From assembly GCA_964016885.1 (NCBI GenBank), contig OZ024742.1, forward strand, positions 111,848,001 through 111,912,000: a stretch of DNA of 64,000 bases, read 5' to 3'. The first letter of the stretch is position 1. Each line of letters opens with the position of its first letter. The DNA is from Eledone cirrhosa. Taxonomy: Eukaryota. The notes below the pieces were generated by a model that saw only the letters and a program-made list of their open reading frames with translations, ran no database searches and had not been told where the DNA came from. Below, piece by piece: positions 44,775 through 56,096 of this stretch. A program made the position numbers and the translations under genes.

Positions 44775-45360
44775 TATTACTGAGGACCTATTTAGTTTTT
44801 ATAGAGAATATTAGGAGGGAGGGGTGAAGTTGTTAGAAGAATAGTTGAAGGAGTGGTTTTTCGATAGCAGTGAGAATTCTTGGTGGCAGTGAGTAATTAG
44901 ATTCCTATCTGTTGTTTTGACATTTTTTATAGAACATATTATTGGTTATTTTTCTAAATCTATAGAAGGATTAGAGATAGTAAAGATATGCGTGGTTGGT
45001 TTTGTGTTTGCACTTAATTAACATTCAGACTTAAATTTTTCTTTCAAGTGTACGTATCCTTTCACCCACGCATTCACACACAAATATATTTGCACACCTC
45101 TACAAAATACATATACTCACAATTCACATATTCATACTTACATATATATACACATGCATACACATATATATACACACATGTATTCATATACATACATACG
45201 CGCTCGTGTGTATACATTTTCATACTCAACTTATCTTTATATACACACGTATAGACACACTCATATATACATACATACTCTAGTCCATGTGTACACACAT
45301 ACACATACTTACACATCCATATACACATATATACATACATATATATGTATATATATATAC

Positions 45361-45392
<32 letters not shown>

Positions 45393-45716
45393 ATACATAC
45401 ATACATACACATACATATACACACATATACATACATATATATATATAAGCACTTTAATACATGAATACACTTACATCTAACTATACACATCAAACATATA
45501 TATATATTTACTTATTTATATACTTTTTCACATATATATACATACTTATGGACGTTTTTAGACACATTCATTATCGCATATTTGTACCTATTCTCATCAG
45601 CATATCTTTTCATTATTAGTATGGTAATTTAAGGTTATTAATATATGTTGAGAAGAGATTGTTTTTATATTTTTCTAACTAGATTAAGGTTTATATAGTT
45701 GGGGGATGTCCCTCTT

Positions 45717-48038
45717 TTATGTAATATTCGGCTTGTAGTGGGAAAAAAGGGTTTTAGTTCTGTGACGGCAGAATAATGTTCGTTCAATTCTGTTATTCAG
45801 CAGTTTCTTCTTGTGTGTGATTATGTAATAAATCTCAAGATTACACAATTTGCAGAAATTTTGGCTCCTGGAAAAGCTTTGGGTTTTAGCTAATTTTTCC
45901 CATTTTAGGGTAAACTTTTGGTCGCTATCCCTGAGCGTCCAAGCTTTTTCTGCTAAAGTTGTTACATTTCTTTGGCTCTGGTGTTTTATTGAGTAAGAAT
46001 GCCTATACAATCGAGATTTAAACGATGTTGCCGTTGATCCCACGTAATACCACTCGTTGCCTCCGGATTTAATGGTACACTTATAAATAATATTTTTTTC
46101 CAGGCAGTTATTGCCGAGGGGGCAGTTGTCAGGATAGGTGCAGTTACAGTTGTGTACGTTGGGTTTTCTCTGGAGTAGTATTGCGGACGAACTTAGGTGT
46201 GGTTTATTTATGTTCTGTAGTGTATTGTCTACTGTTTTTTTTGTGTTCTTTGTACTTAAGTTCTTAGTGTTTTCGTTTAACCTTCTAGTATTGATCTTTT
46301 TTATGTGTTGTTCAAGGTTTAACGCTGTAGAGTATGACATTCTTATAGTGGTAGGGTTTAGGATTTTGTGGTATTTGTGTGATGTGGGAAAATGTCTTTT
46401 AATTATTTTAAAGAAGAGTACTGGTAAATTTGTACTAATGGAACTATTGTATTCGGGGTTATACCATAAGTACTCTTTGCATCGCTTTCTATTAGTTTTG
46501 TTTGTTGGTTTACTGGTGTGCATACTATGGTAGTAAGTGTGGTTTGGTGTTGTGTTATTATATCTACCTATGTGGGATTTATTTTGGGTGTTTTGATTGT
46601 TCCCATCTATGTACTCTATTTTGTTGAGGTAGCCTGCTTTACTAAGGGCGTTATCGTAGTACTCGGCGTGTTCCTTAAATACTTGTATGTTAGAAGATAG
46701 ACTCGAGATTCTAAGGGAAATATTTTTAGGGATAGATTTAATTATAGAGATGGGGTGGTTAGACCCAACATTTACGTATTTGAGATTTTCATTCAATTTA
46801 TGAAACGGTTTAATCAAACCAGAGTTTAAATTGAGTGTGACATCCAGGAAGTTAACTACTTTAAGGTTGTATTCATATGTTATAGTTAGTCCTATTTCGA
46901 GTAGTAGTTTTCTTATATCTTTGCGTAGTTTTTCTAGTTTTTGGTTATTAAGGTTTTTAGCTAGGAGGAGAACATCGTCGCGGTATATTCCGCCGTGGAG
47001 ATTGCTGAATTTTTCCTGGAGTCTAAAGGCGATAAATAACCCCACAATATCAGTTATTTCCGCCGAATCGTTAGAGCCCATTGTTATGTCAAAGTTAGAG
47101 GGTCTATCTTTACGTACCCAATAACTGTTCTCAAATTTGACTATAGTTTTCCTAGCTTCTAATATAATCTTAATTTCATCGTTTGTAAGGTCAGAGTTTT
47201 CCTTAGCAAACTTAATGGCTCTATTCAAAGTTTCAGGTGATATCGATGAGTAATATTCATCGATATCAAACTGGATAAACTTAGATTTATTCTTATTGCT
47301 AATGCTATTAAACCATTTTATTGCTTCTTGGGTCTTCCCCCAGAGTTTAATGTTAACCTTAGCCTTAATTTGGGGGATGATTCTATCTAAGATATATTTG
47401 CTTATTTTACCTATATCTGATTTAGAGGGGCAGATTAATCTAATTTTAGGGTCATTATCAAAGTTTACCTTGTGGTCCTTAAGATTGAAGGTGGGTACCG
47501 CCGGTAAGAGTGGTCCTGTCCTATCTTCGATTCCGAGATTTTTCACTATTTCGCATGACTCATCATTGATGTGCTTAAGGGTTACTTCACTCGTTTTTCT
47601 ATATTTTTTATGTAATTCTTTTCGAATGAAGTTGTTGTATGTAGTGCAATCCATAGTGTACAGGTTTGATGTTTTGTCCGCTTTTACTACAATTCCTTTG
47701 GTGTTTTTAAGGTCGTCCAGTAGTTTTTTTATATCTTTCTGTAATTTGCTGTTGGTGTTGCGTCCTTTGAATTTAATTTTAAGGATTAAGTTCATAAGGT
47801 CCTGCTCAAATGCATCTAATAGTGGGTTGGTGGGTGGGTTTTTACAAGTCCTAAAACCGAATTTGTTGTTTACACCACTTTCTAATGTTGAGTTCATACG
47901 GCTTCTATCATAGTGGAGTGTTTTCCACCTGACACGTCGAATGAATTCATTAGTTTTTTGAATCATGCTCAATAAATATTCCTTTCTACCTTGGGTTGGT
48001 ATGTTTTTGAGTGACATATCCAGGTAGTGTTTTTCCAT
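45717..48038 (-). CDS. PLE RT + GIY-YIG endonuclease, 773 aa, uninterrupted (Naiad-like)
   Basis: SLKNIP, ADKTSNLY, RLICPSKSDIG, QFDIDEYY, GIYRDD, FLDVTL, SNHP, WYNP, CNCTYPDNCPLGNNC, IIY..YVG, R..H, CKLCNLE, LLNNRIE, CRH. Confidence 0.95.
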   Translation of the reverse strand: MEKHYLDMSLKNIPTQGRKEYLLSMIQKTNEFIRRVRWKTLHYDRSRMNSTLESGVNNKFGFRTCKNPPTNPLLDAFEQDLMNLILKIKFKGRNTNSKLQKDIKKLLDDLKNTKGIVVKADKTSNLYTMDCTTYNNFIRKELHKKYRKTSEVTLKHINDESCEIVKNLGIEDRTGPLLPAVPTFNLKDHKVNFDNDPKIRLICPSKSDIGKISKYILDRIIPQIKAKVNIKLWGKTQEAIKWFNSISNKNKSKFIQFDIDEYYSSISPETLNRAIKFAKENSDLTNDEIKIILEARKTIVKFENSYWVRKDRPSNFDITMGSNDSAEITDIVGLFIAFRLQEKFSNLHGGIYRDDVLLLAKNLNNQKLEKLRKDIRKLLLEIGLTITYEYNLKVVNFLDVTLNLNSGLIKPFHKLNENLKYVNVGSNHPISIIKSIPKNISLRISSLSSNIQVFKEHAEYYDNALSKAGYLNKIEYIDGNNQNTQNKSHIGRYNNTTPNHTYYHSMHTSKPTNKTNRKRCKEYLWYNPEYNSSISTNLPVLFFKIIKRHFPTSHKYHKILNPTTIRMSYSTALNLEQHIKKINTRRLNENTKNLSTKNTKKTVDNTLQNINKPHLSSSAILLQRKPNVHNCNCTYPDNCPLGNNCLEKNIIYKCTIKSGGNEWYYVGSTATSFKSRLYRHSYSIKHQSQRNVTTLAEKAWTLRDSDQKFTLKWEKLAKTQSFSRSQNFCKLCNLEIYYIITHKKKLLNNRIERTLFCRHRTKTLFSHYKPNIT

Positions 48039-48243
48039 TGTTGTGGTTGCGTTTGCTGTGTGGGTTGCTCGACTTTACAGGAGGTAAATATACAGTATTT
48101 TCCGTTGTGTTGTAATATAAATATTACACACAGTAGATTATCAGCTCACGTAGAGTTTGCTCGACGGTTCCAGTTGTAGTTCCAAAAGTAATCCGGAGAA
48201 AAAATAGAAAGATTTGAATGGATACAGTTTAGTTGAAAGGAAT

Positions 48244-48360
48244 TTATTGACACGTGTTTCTATAACAGTTACATAACCTAAAACAGCTATCTACAAACTT
48301 TTAGTTATGCAGACATTCAATATTTCAATGTTATTATTTACTGTCATTTCATCAGAATAA
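48244..48360 (-). ncRNA. Upstream (pLTR) copy of the same hammerhead
   Basis: Identical to 44658-44774, offset 3586 nt. Confidence 0.8.
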
Positions 48361-48946
48361 TATTACTGAGGACCTATTTAGTTTTTATAGAGAATATTAG
48401 GAGGGAGGGGTGAAGTTGTTAGAAGAATAGTTGAAGGAGTGGTTTTTCGATAGCAGTGAGAATTCTTGGTGGCAGTGAGTAATTAGATTCCTATCTGTTG
48501 TTTTGACATTTTTTATAGAATATATTATTGGTTATTTTTCTAAATCTATAGAAGGATTAGAGATAGTAAAGATATGCGTGGTTGGTTTTGTGTTTGCACT
48601 TAATTAACATTCAGACTTAAATTTTTCTTTCAAGTGTACGTATCCTTTCACCCACGCATTCACACACAAATATATTTGCACACCTCTACAAAATACATAT
48701 ACTCACAATTCACATATTCATACTTACATATATATACACATGCATACACATATATATACACACGTGTATTCATATACATACATACGCGCTCGTGTGTATA
48801 CATTTTCATACTCAACTTATCTTTATATACACACGTATAGACACACTCATATATACATACATACTCTAGTCCATGTGTACACACATACACATACTTACAC
48901 ATCCATATACACATATATACATACATATATATGTATATATATATAC

Positions 48947-48989
<43 letters not shown>

Positions 48990-50389
48990 CATACATACAT
49001 ACACATACATATACACACATATACATACATATATATATATAAGCACTTTAATACATGAATACACTTACATCTAACTATACACATCAAACATATATATATA
49101 TTTACTTATTTATATACTTTTTCACATATATATACATACTTATGGACGTTTTTAGACACATTCATTATCGCATATTTGTACCTATTCTCATCAGCATATC
49201 TTTTCATTATTAGTATGGTAATTTAAGGTTATTAATATATGTTGAGAAGAGATTGTTTTTATATTTTTCTAACTAGATTAAGGTTTATATAGTTGGGGGA
49301 TGTCCCTCTTTTATGTAATATTCGGCTTGTAGTGGGAAAAAAGGGTTTTAGTTCTGTGACGGCAGAATAATGTTCGTTCAATTCTGTTATTCAGCAGTTT
49401 CTTCTTGTGTGTGATTATGTAATAAATCTCAAGATTACACAATTTGCAGAAATTTTGGCTCCTGGAAAAGCTTTGGGTTTTAGCTAATTTTTCCCATTTT
49501 AGGGTAAACTTTTGGTCGCTATCCCTGAGCGTCCAAGCTTTTTCTGCTAAAGTTGTTACATTTCTTTGGCTCTGGTGTTTTATTGAGTAAGAATGCCTAT
49601 ACAATCGAGATTTAAACGATGTTGCCGTTGATCCCACGTAATACCACTCGTTGCCTCCGGATTTAATGGTACACTTATAAATAATATTTTTTTCCAGGCA
49701 GTTATTGCCGAGGGGGCAGTTGTCAGGATAGGTGCAGTTACAGTTGTGTATGTTGGGTTTTCTCTGGAGTAGTATTGCGGACGAACTTAGGTGTGGTTTA
49801 TTTATGTTCTGTAGTGTATTGTCTACTGTTTTTTTTTGTGTTCTCTGTTCTTTGCACACCAGTAAACCAACAAACAAAACTAATAGAAAGCGATGCAAAG
49901 AGTACTTATGGTATAACCCCGAATACAATAGCTCCATTAGTACAAATTTACCAGTACTCTTCTTTAAAATAATTAAAAGACATTTTCCCACATCACACAA
50001 ATACCACAAAATCCTAAACCCTACCACTATAAGACTGTCATACTCTACAGCGTTAAACCTTGAAATTCGTGCAACATATACAGCTTCGGCCTTACCTCAC
50101 AATACATACACCAACTCCTATTCGTCATCGTAGAAAATACACACTTCCCTTTCATCCACCACTCATACAAACAATCAACAGGACTATTCATGGGATCCAG
50201 TCTTTGTGATCATATTTATACTCTGGAGTAAACATACCCGTTTATTTACCTTCGTAAGGTGATCTACCTTGCATACAAATGCGTCTGTGATTAACTAACA
50301 CATACTTAATACATAAATATTTAGCTCCATATCTTCTTGCATGCTACGTACATTGCAGACTAAAATCACGATGCATAAATTTACCCTCA

Positions 50390-50960
50390 TTGCATATCTA
50401 AAAATATTCCACTACCAGGGAATTCGGAGTACAGCAGGCTCGTCATTGAAAAGCACGGAGTAGCTCACCCGAAGTATGCGTGGATGGCGTTCCACTTCGA
50501 TTGGGGAACACATGATGATACCAGCCCACACAATTTAGAGTACATGTTTCATGTCATAAATTCGCCAGTAAAGTACCTGAGGAGCTTAAAGAAGAGGATC
50601 ACTAAAGTAAGAGAGTTGGCCGGAATACTTGTCCATGCTGACAGAACGAACAAGTTATACAGCATGGACATCAACATGTACAACAACATAATTCTCAGGG
50701 ACCTCAGAAAGAATTATGAAAAACACCTCTGGAGTAACCATTGAGGAAATAAATGTGCATGCAAATAGAATAATATCCAGACCCGGAATCAACGATAGGA
50801 CGGCACCGTACCAAACCAGGTAGCCGATGATTACCATTAAGGACTACAAACTAAATTTGAGTCTTAACTCCCGGTTGGACTAATAGTTCCTCCTAAGTCT
50901 GACATAGGCTTAACCAGGAAACACATTCTGTATAGGATTATGGCAAGCCTTAAGAATGAA
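50390..50960 (+). pseudogene. Highly degraded PLE N-terminal fragment
   Basis: LKNIP, WMAFHFD, ILVHADRTNKLYSMD..YNNII..LRKNY, PKSDIGL. Confidence 0.7.
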
Positions 50961-51479
50961 ACAAAATATTTGTGCGTACGTAATGCGTGTGTGCGTATAT
51001 GGAATGTGATACGTCCTGTGCTTCCACTGTAAATATGAATTGATGTGCGTGTATGTAAGAACTTGTATGTATCTATAGCCAGGCATATTGACGTACGTGT
51101 GTTCGTGAATATATCCGTAGGTATGTATAAATATTTAAATATACAAGTAATTAAGTGCATATAGGTGTAAATATGTGTGAAATATGTAATTACGTATGTA
51201 TGCGTGTAAATGAAATGGCATGTGGATGTGTATGTAAATGTAGCCATAGGTGTGCATAGATATATGAATGTGAATGTATATATGTATAAAAGCATTTGTG
51301 TATCAATGTGTGGGTGTAGGCAAAAACGTGTGTCTGCGTGTGTGTGAGTAGGCACGTATATGATGTTTGTGAATGTAAGTAAATCTCCTTATATATACAT
51401 ATATGAGGTGTGAGACTAAATATGTCGGGTTTCTTGTGTGAGTAGATACTCTTGTATGTAAAATAGAACGTGCCATCAA

Positions 51480-51960
51480 TCGGGTGTTTGACTTGTGTGC
51501 CTGTAAAAATGCCTGGAAGATCGAACAATCTTGATACATCACTGTGGCTCGTTTCTTTCCGTTCGTTTAAGAGCATTTTGATACTCACAATGCATATAAT
51601 GTCTTCAGTAGCCAAAGTGATGGCAGTTATTTTTTCATCCTTGTTCTTGCATTGAGGATGTGTTTGAGGAACGACAATCTGTATGTGTTGTGCCTATATA
51701 TTCTGAAGTACGGCTATTAAAAAGTGTTACCGATGCACAATTAACTACATTTGCTACATTTCAACCTATATATTCGTCGGAAGGCAGCCAATAATGTTGC
51801 TGTGGGTGCACGCATTATTATTGTTAAGGATCTGTTTGTGATATTCTCTGAGGTGCGGAATCCTGAAGATGCGACTATTTGCATATTTAGTCCGACTTCT
51901 GGTTTTTGCGTCCACCGTTGGGTGGAGAAGATGCTGGGTACGCACGTCACCAGCTCGAAT
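51480..51960 (-). pseudogene. Possible very degraded PLE GIY-YIG fragment
   Basis: Scattered motifs across frames: YHKQILN, EYIGTT, LLNERKE. Confidence 0.35.
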
Positions 51961-52099
51961 TAAGTCATACAACGTCTGTATTAATTAGAGCACAACACCT
52001 GCAAATACAACAACCATGTATTCATCTTCGATGTCGTATCCCTATATACTTCGTTACCTGTGCTCCTTGTGGTAGATGTATACAAATAGAGCGTCAGTT

Positions 52100-52520
52100 C
52101 CACCAACCAACACCGAGAAGCTTATATCTGTTGTCAACAATGCCTTTTTTAGTTTCCTGGGTCACACCTACGGACATAATGCAGAACAAACCTTGGGATC
52201 CAGCTTATCTGGTTTAGTGGCCATTTTATATATGAAACGCCTCGGACACCGATATGTCTTCACTGGATATGTTGACGAAATCTTCATCCGCACAACCTCC
52301 CGAGAGAATGCAAGCAGCATATCCGAGTCGTTCATCAACGTTCAATATTAAACCTCCCTCCAACTCCGGAATTCTCACGCTTCTCGACTTTAGAATGGAC
52401 ATCACTGAAAAAGGCGAATAAATATTGATCTCTATAGCAAAGCTGCTTGCAGTAACAATTTTAGGGCACCACAAATGTGCCACCCCGAACAGCTTGATTT
52501 GCAAAATAATAAACATAATT
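52100..52520 (+). pseudogene. Degraded PLE-type RT core fragment
   Basis: NNAFFSFLGHTY..LGSSLSGLVAILYM..GYVDEIFI. Confidence 0.6.
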
Positions 52521-53650
52521 GTGAATGGAAAGTAATTCGTTGGTCTCATTTTGGATGTGCTTTGATTTCAGTTGATTCCTTGACCGATTCCGTTTTTTTA
52601 TGTACCTAAACTCCACTAAGTCTATCGATTCGAATACATTTACTTCTAGCATTTGTGTGATAGACCACAATTCATTTTATAATAACTCTTATACTCGGAT
52701 TTTGCGAGATATCATACAATTTAAAGTGTATTAGTATCCAGATATATACTATAATCTGAACAGTTCGACTGTAAAATGGTTCCCTATGAAATTCCCAAGT
52801 ATCAATTTTGTTCTCGACGTGTACTTTCCCTTTTGATTAATTCAATCAGTTTCAAATGATATGTTTGTGAAATATTACGTTTGTATTCAACTCATTTCAT
52901 TCTAATTATTCTTTGCTATGATTGATTTCATTGTCAATATGTTCCGCCTTGGTCTCTCCTTCACTTTCAGATTACACACCATCCTATTCATGATGTTAAA
53001 TCTGTATAGTATCCACTATATCTGTCAGACAAATATCGTTTTCCATTGAAATAAATATACCATATTTATCAACCCAAATTCAATATTGATGTCGGAGCTA
53101 TATCATTTGAATACTTTGATGTTTCGTCATCACCCAGCTCTTTTCTCAATTTCTCTCTCTTCGTATTTCTTTTTCTCTGTCTATCTCACTTTCACCCCTC
53201 CAGGCTCTCTACGAATTACGTTTCCGAACATAGTCCTCAACGAAGGATTTGTTCCCCTTTGTTGTATCTAATATAAACACTAAATATTTATTAAATAGTT
53301 TAGGTTACGTATGAATCTGCGAATCTGCATATGTGAATGGATTCGATTCATCGATACGTTTTCTTTACCATGATATCAAATCAGTGAGGTAAGTCTACTA
53401 ATCTCATAGACCAATGTTCAAGGTATACTTTATAAGTGAGAGTTTTAAGTGCAACTTATATGTAATACATTGAATATGTATAAAATATCAAAGAGTAAAT
53501 TATGTACAAAAGATCAATTCAATTCTGATTCTCACACACAAGCAATCAAACACAGATTATAATAATGGAGAGAAAGCAGCACAAGGCTTTCTCCAGTCAG
53601 AGATTGTCTATGAAGCCTCAGCATGTCCATTATTATTATTGTTATTGCAT

Positions 53651-53834
53651 GGTGGATTGGCAGTATCAGTAGAGGGTCGGACGCCATGCTTTCCAGCATA
53701 GTTACGTCCCTTTACGATCTGAGTTCAAATCCCGACGAGGTTGACTTTGCCTTTCATCCTTACGCGGTCAATAAAATAAAGTACCAGTAATGCACTGGTT
53801 AATTGCTGGCCTTGTGCCTAAAGTAGAAACAATT
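53651..53834 (+). mobile_element. tRNA-derived SINE
   Basis: TGGCAGTATCAGTAG (box A-like), GAGTTCAAATCC (box B), tail GGCCTTGTGCCTAAAGTAGAAACAATTATT. Confidence 0.85.
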
Positions 53835-53844
53835 ATTATTTTAT

Positions 53845-53910
53845 TGCATGTAAATCCCCACTGTCCCTGTCTTTGAATTGTCCTTTATGTTCGGCCCTTA
53901 TGGCCAATAT
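53845..53910 (+). mobile_element. 3'-terminal fragment of the Tx1-like LINE
   Basis: Matches 59070-59130 (CCCCACT.TCCCTGTCTTTG.ATTGTCC..CGGCCCTT.TGGC.AATA). Confidence 0.7.
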
Positions 53911-53952
53911 TATCATCATCATCATTATTATTATATCATTATTATTATTATT

Positions 53953-54119
53953 AGGGAGATTGATTGGCAGTATTGCTAAGGGTCGGACGCCATCCTTTGC
54001 AGCAAAGAGTTACGGCCCTTTATGATCTGAGTGTTCAAATCCCGCCGAGGTTAAATTTACCTTTCATCCTTACGGGGTTGATAAAATAAACTACCAGTAA
54101 CACACTGGGATAATTGCTG
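53953..54119 (+). mobile_element. SINE truncated at the junction with a Tx1 fragment
   Basis: Same family as 53651. Ends at ..AATTGCTG. Confidence 0.8.
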
Positions 54120-54663
54120 AGTCCATCGTGAGGATTGCCCCGCCCTCTTCCTTTAGCCGGACAGGGGAGGCAGTTTTTATCTGTCTGGTGGCCATGGCGA
54201 AAGAGATAGTATGGTGGACGCGTCTGAAGGGCTGAAGACGAGTACTTACCTCTTCCGTGATGCCCTGAATAACTTTTTCAATTTTCATTTGAAAAGGAAA
54301 ATCAGGATAGAGAGGGAAGTACTCGTTTCCCAGTATTTTGTTGAAAGAAGGGTGAGAGAGGCAAGAATGGCCCGTGTAAATGGGCCTACTCTGAGTATAT
54401 GCCTGTAAATTGAAGGTGGAAAACTGGCAGAGGGCACTTTACCTGGTGGCCAGGGTCACCGTGGCATTTTAAATGGGCTTTCTCCACGATGGCCGTCGGA
54501 TGACTCCCCCCTATTGGGAATTTTTTCATTGTTCTTTTTTAGTTACATCCTCTGTTTTTTTTGTTTTTTTACACACAGAAATGCCCATTTGTACCGGCCT
54601 GTATTGTCCTGTTCTGTCCTTAATGTCTACTTTGTGTTAACCCTTGTGGTTAATAAAGAAAGC
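54117..54663 (+). mobile_element. 3' fragment of a Tx1-like LINE
   Basis: Homologous to 58570-59140 (CLVAMAKEIVWWTRLKG, NFFNFHLKRK). Tail CCCTTGTGGTTAATAAAGAAAGC-(ATT)n. Confidence 0.8.
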
Positions 54664-54678
54664 ATTATTATTATTATA

Positions 54679-54756
54679 TCATCCTTACGAGGTCGATAAA
54701 ATAAAGTACCAGTAATGCACTGGGTAATTGCTGGCCTTGTGCCTAAAATAGAAACA

Positions 54757-54792
<36 letters not shown>

Positions 54793-54986
54793 GGCTGTGG
54801 ATTGGCAGTATCGGTAGAGGGTGGGACATTATGCTTTGACGCATAGAGTTACGCCCCTTGACATTCTGAGTTCAAATCGCGCCGATGTTAACTTTGCCTT
54901 TCATCCTTACGGGGTCGATAAAATAAAGTACCAGTAATGCACTTGGTACCAGTAATGCTGGCCTTGTGCCTAAAGTAGAAACAATT
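54679..54986 (+). mobile_element. 5'-truncated SINE (54679-54760) and full SINE (54793-54986) separated by (ATT)n
   Basis: Same SINE family. Confidence 0.82.
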
Positions 54987-55009
54987 ATTAGTATTATTAT
55001 TGTTGTTGT

Positions 55010-56068
55010 TCTTTGAGTCTAAGACATTGATGTTATTTAACTGGAAAGTTTGTTGAAATGAATATCAAGCCACTACCAACAGCCTCAGACATTCAAGACG
55101 TATCGGAGGGTTCTAGCTGTTCCCAGCCTTTTGAAGCCTTCCAAAAAGCGGGTCTGGACTAATCTTCTTTAACCATCTTTGGAAACTCTTTGAGATAGTA
55201 CCTAGTCTGCCTATGACAATCGGGACGACCTTGATTTCATGGCAGTTCCAAATGCTTTGTAACTCCCACATTAAATCCTGGAATCGGTTAATTTTCTCCC
55301 TCTCCTTTTCTTGCACTCTCGTGTCAAATGGGCAGGCTACATCTACAATCAGGCACGATATTTTTTCCTTGTCCAAAACCACCAGGTCAGGCCTATTGTG
55401 TTCTAATTTCTTGTCCGTCTGTATCCTAAAATCCCATAACACCTTCACCTGATCGTTTTCTATCACCGACTCTGGCTTATGCTCATACCACTTCTCAGAA
55501 TGTGGTAAATTGTTTACTTTGCATAGATGCCAATGGATCACCTTGCCTATCATATCATGTCTCCAGCCTTTATAGTGAGTCTGGGCTAGTTGTATACATT
55601 CGGATACAATATGAGCCACAGTCTCCTCTCTCTCTCCACAGATCATACAGTGACCAAGCCTATTCCTTGTCAATATGGTGTTTCACCCACTTCTTCCTGA
55701 GGGCTTGCTCTTGCGCAGCTATTAGAATTCCTTCTGTAGCTTTTTTAAGGTCTCCTCTTTTTAACCAGTTCTATGTCTGTGGATCTCTAAATTCCGTTTT
55801 CTTAAAGAAGGTACTATGAAGGGATATTTTATGAAGGTTCTCTTCTTCCTTGTTGTTATTTCCTCCTTGGGCATCCCCTGGTCTATTGTCTTCCTCTTCA
55901 GTACAATTTTGAGCATTGGCTCCCTACTGTCAATCACGTATTTATGCAGGTTCTTTTTCTCCATCTGAACAAAGTCCTCTGTGCTGATAAGACCTCTTCC
56001 ACCTTCAGATCTCTTTAAGTAGAGTCTACCGACATCACTCCTCTTGTGGAACATGTTGGCAAATGCCA
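55010..56068 (-). mobile_element. 5'-truncated Dong/R4 family B
   Basis: RLYLKRSEGGRGL, ETVAHIVSEC, RHD, NRPDLVV, DVACPFD. Paralogue of 926-1768. ATT repeats on both sides. Confidence 0.88.
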
Positions 56069-56096
56069 TTATTATTATTATTATTATTATTATTTT

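Larger units (their letters stand above)
44621..50063 (-). mobile_element. Intact PLE in partial-tandem (pseudo-LTR) layout with a 5' inversion
   Basis: Full unit 44621-48206. Direct partial copy 48207-49844 matches 44621-46248. Inverted piece 49853-50063 is the reverse complement of 46311-46522. 3' end at (TA)n. Confidence 0.93.

Noticed and set aside
46138-47913. Antisense ORFs within PLE RT genes (also 30276-30548)
   Set aside because: Shadow ORFs of the coding strand with no recognisable motifs.
49311-50027. Stand-alone GIY-YIG gene with a hydrophobic N-terminus
   Set aside because: Chimeric ORF: the N-terminus is antisense sequence from the 5' inversion.
53651-53740. tRNA gene
   Set aside because: A/B boxes belong to SINE heads; no complete cloverleaf.
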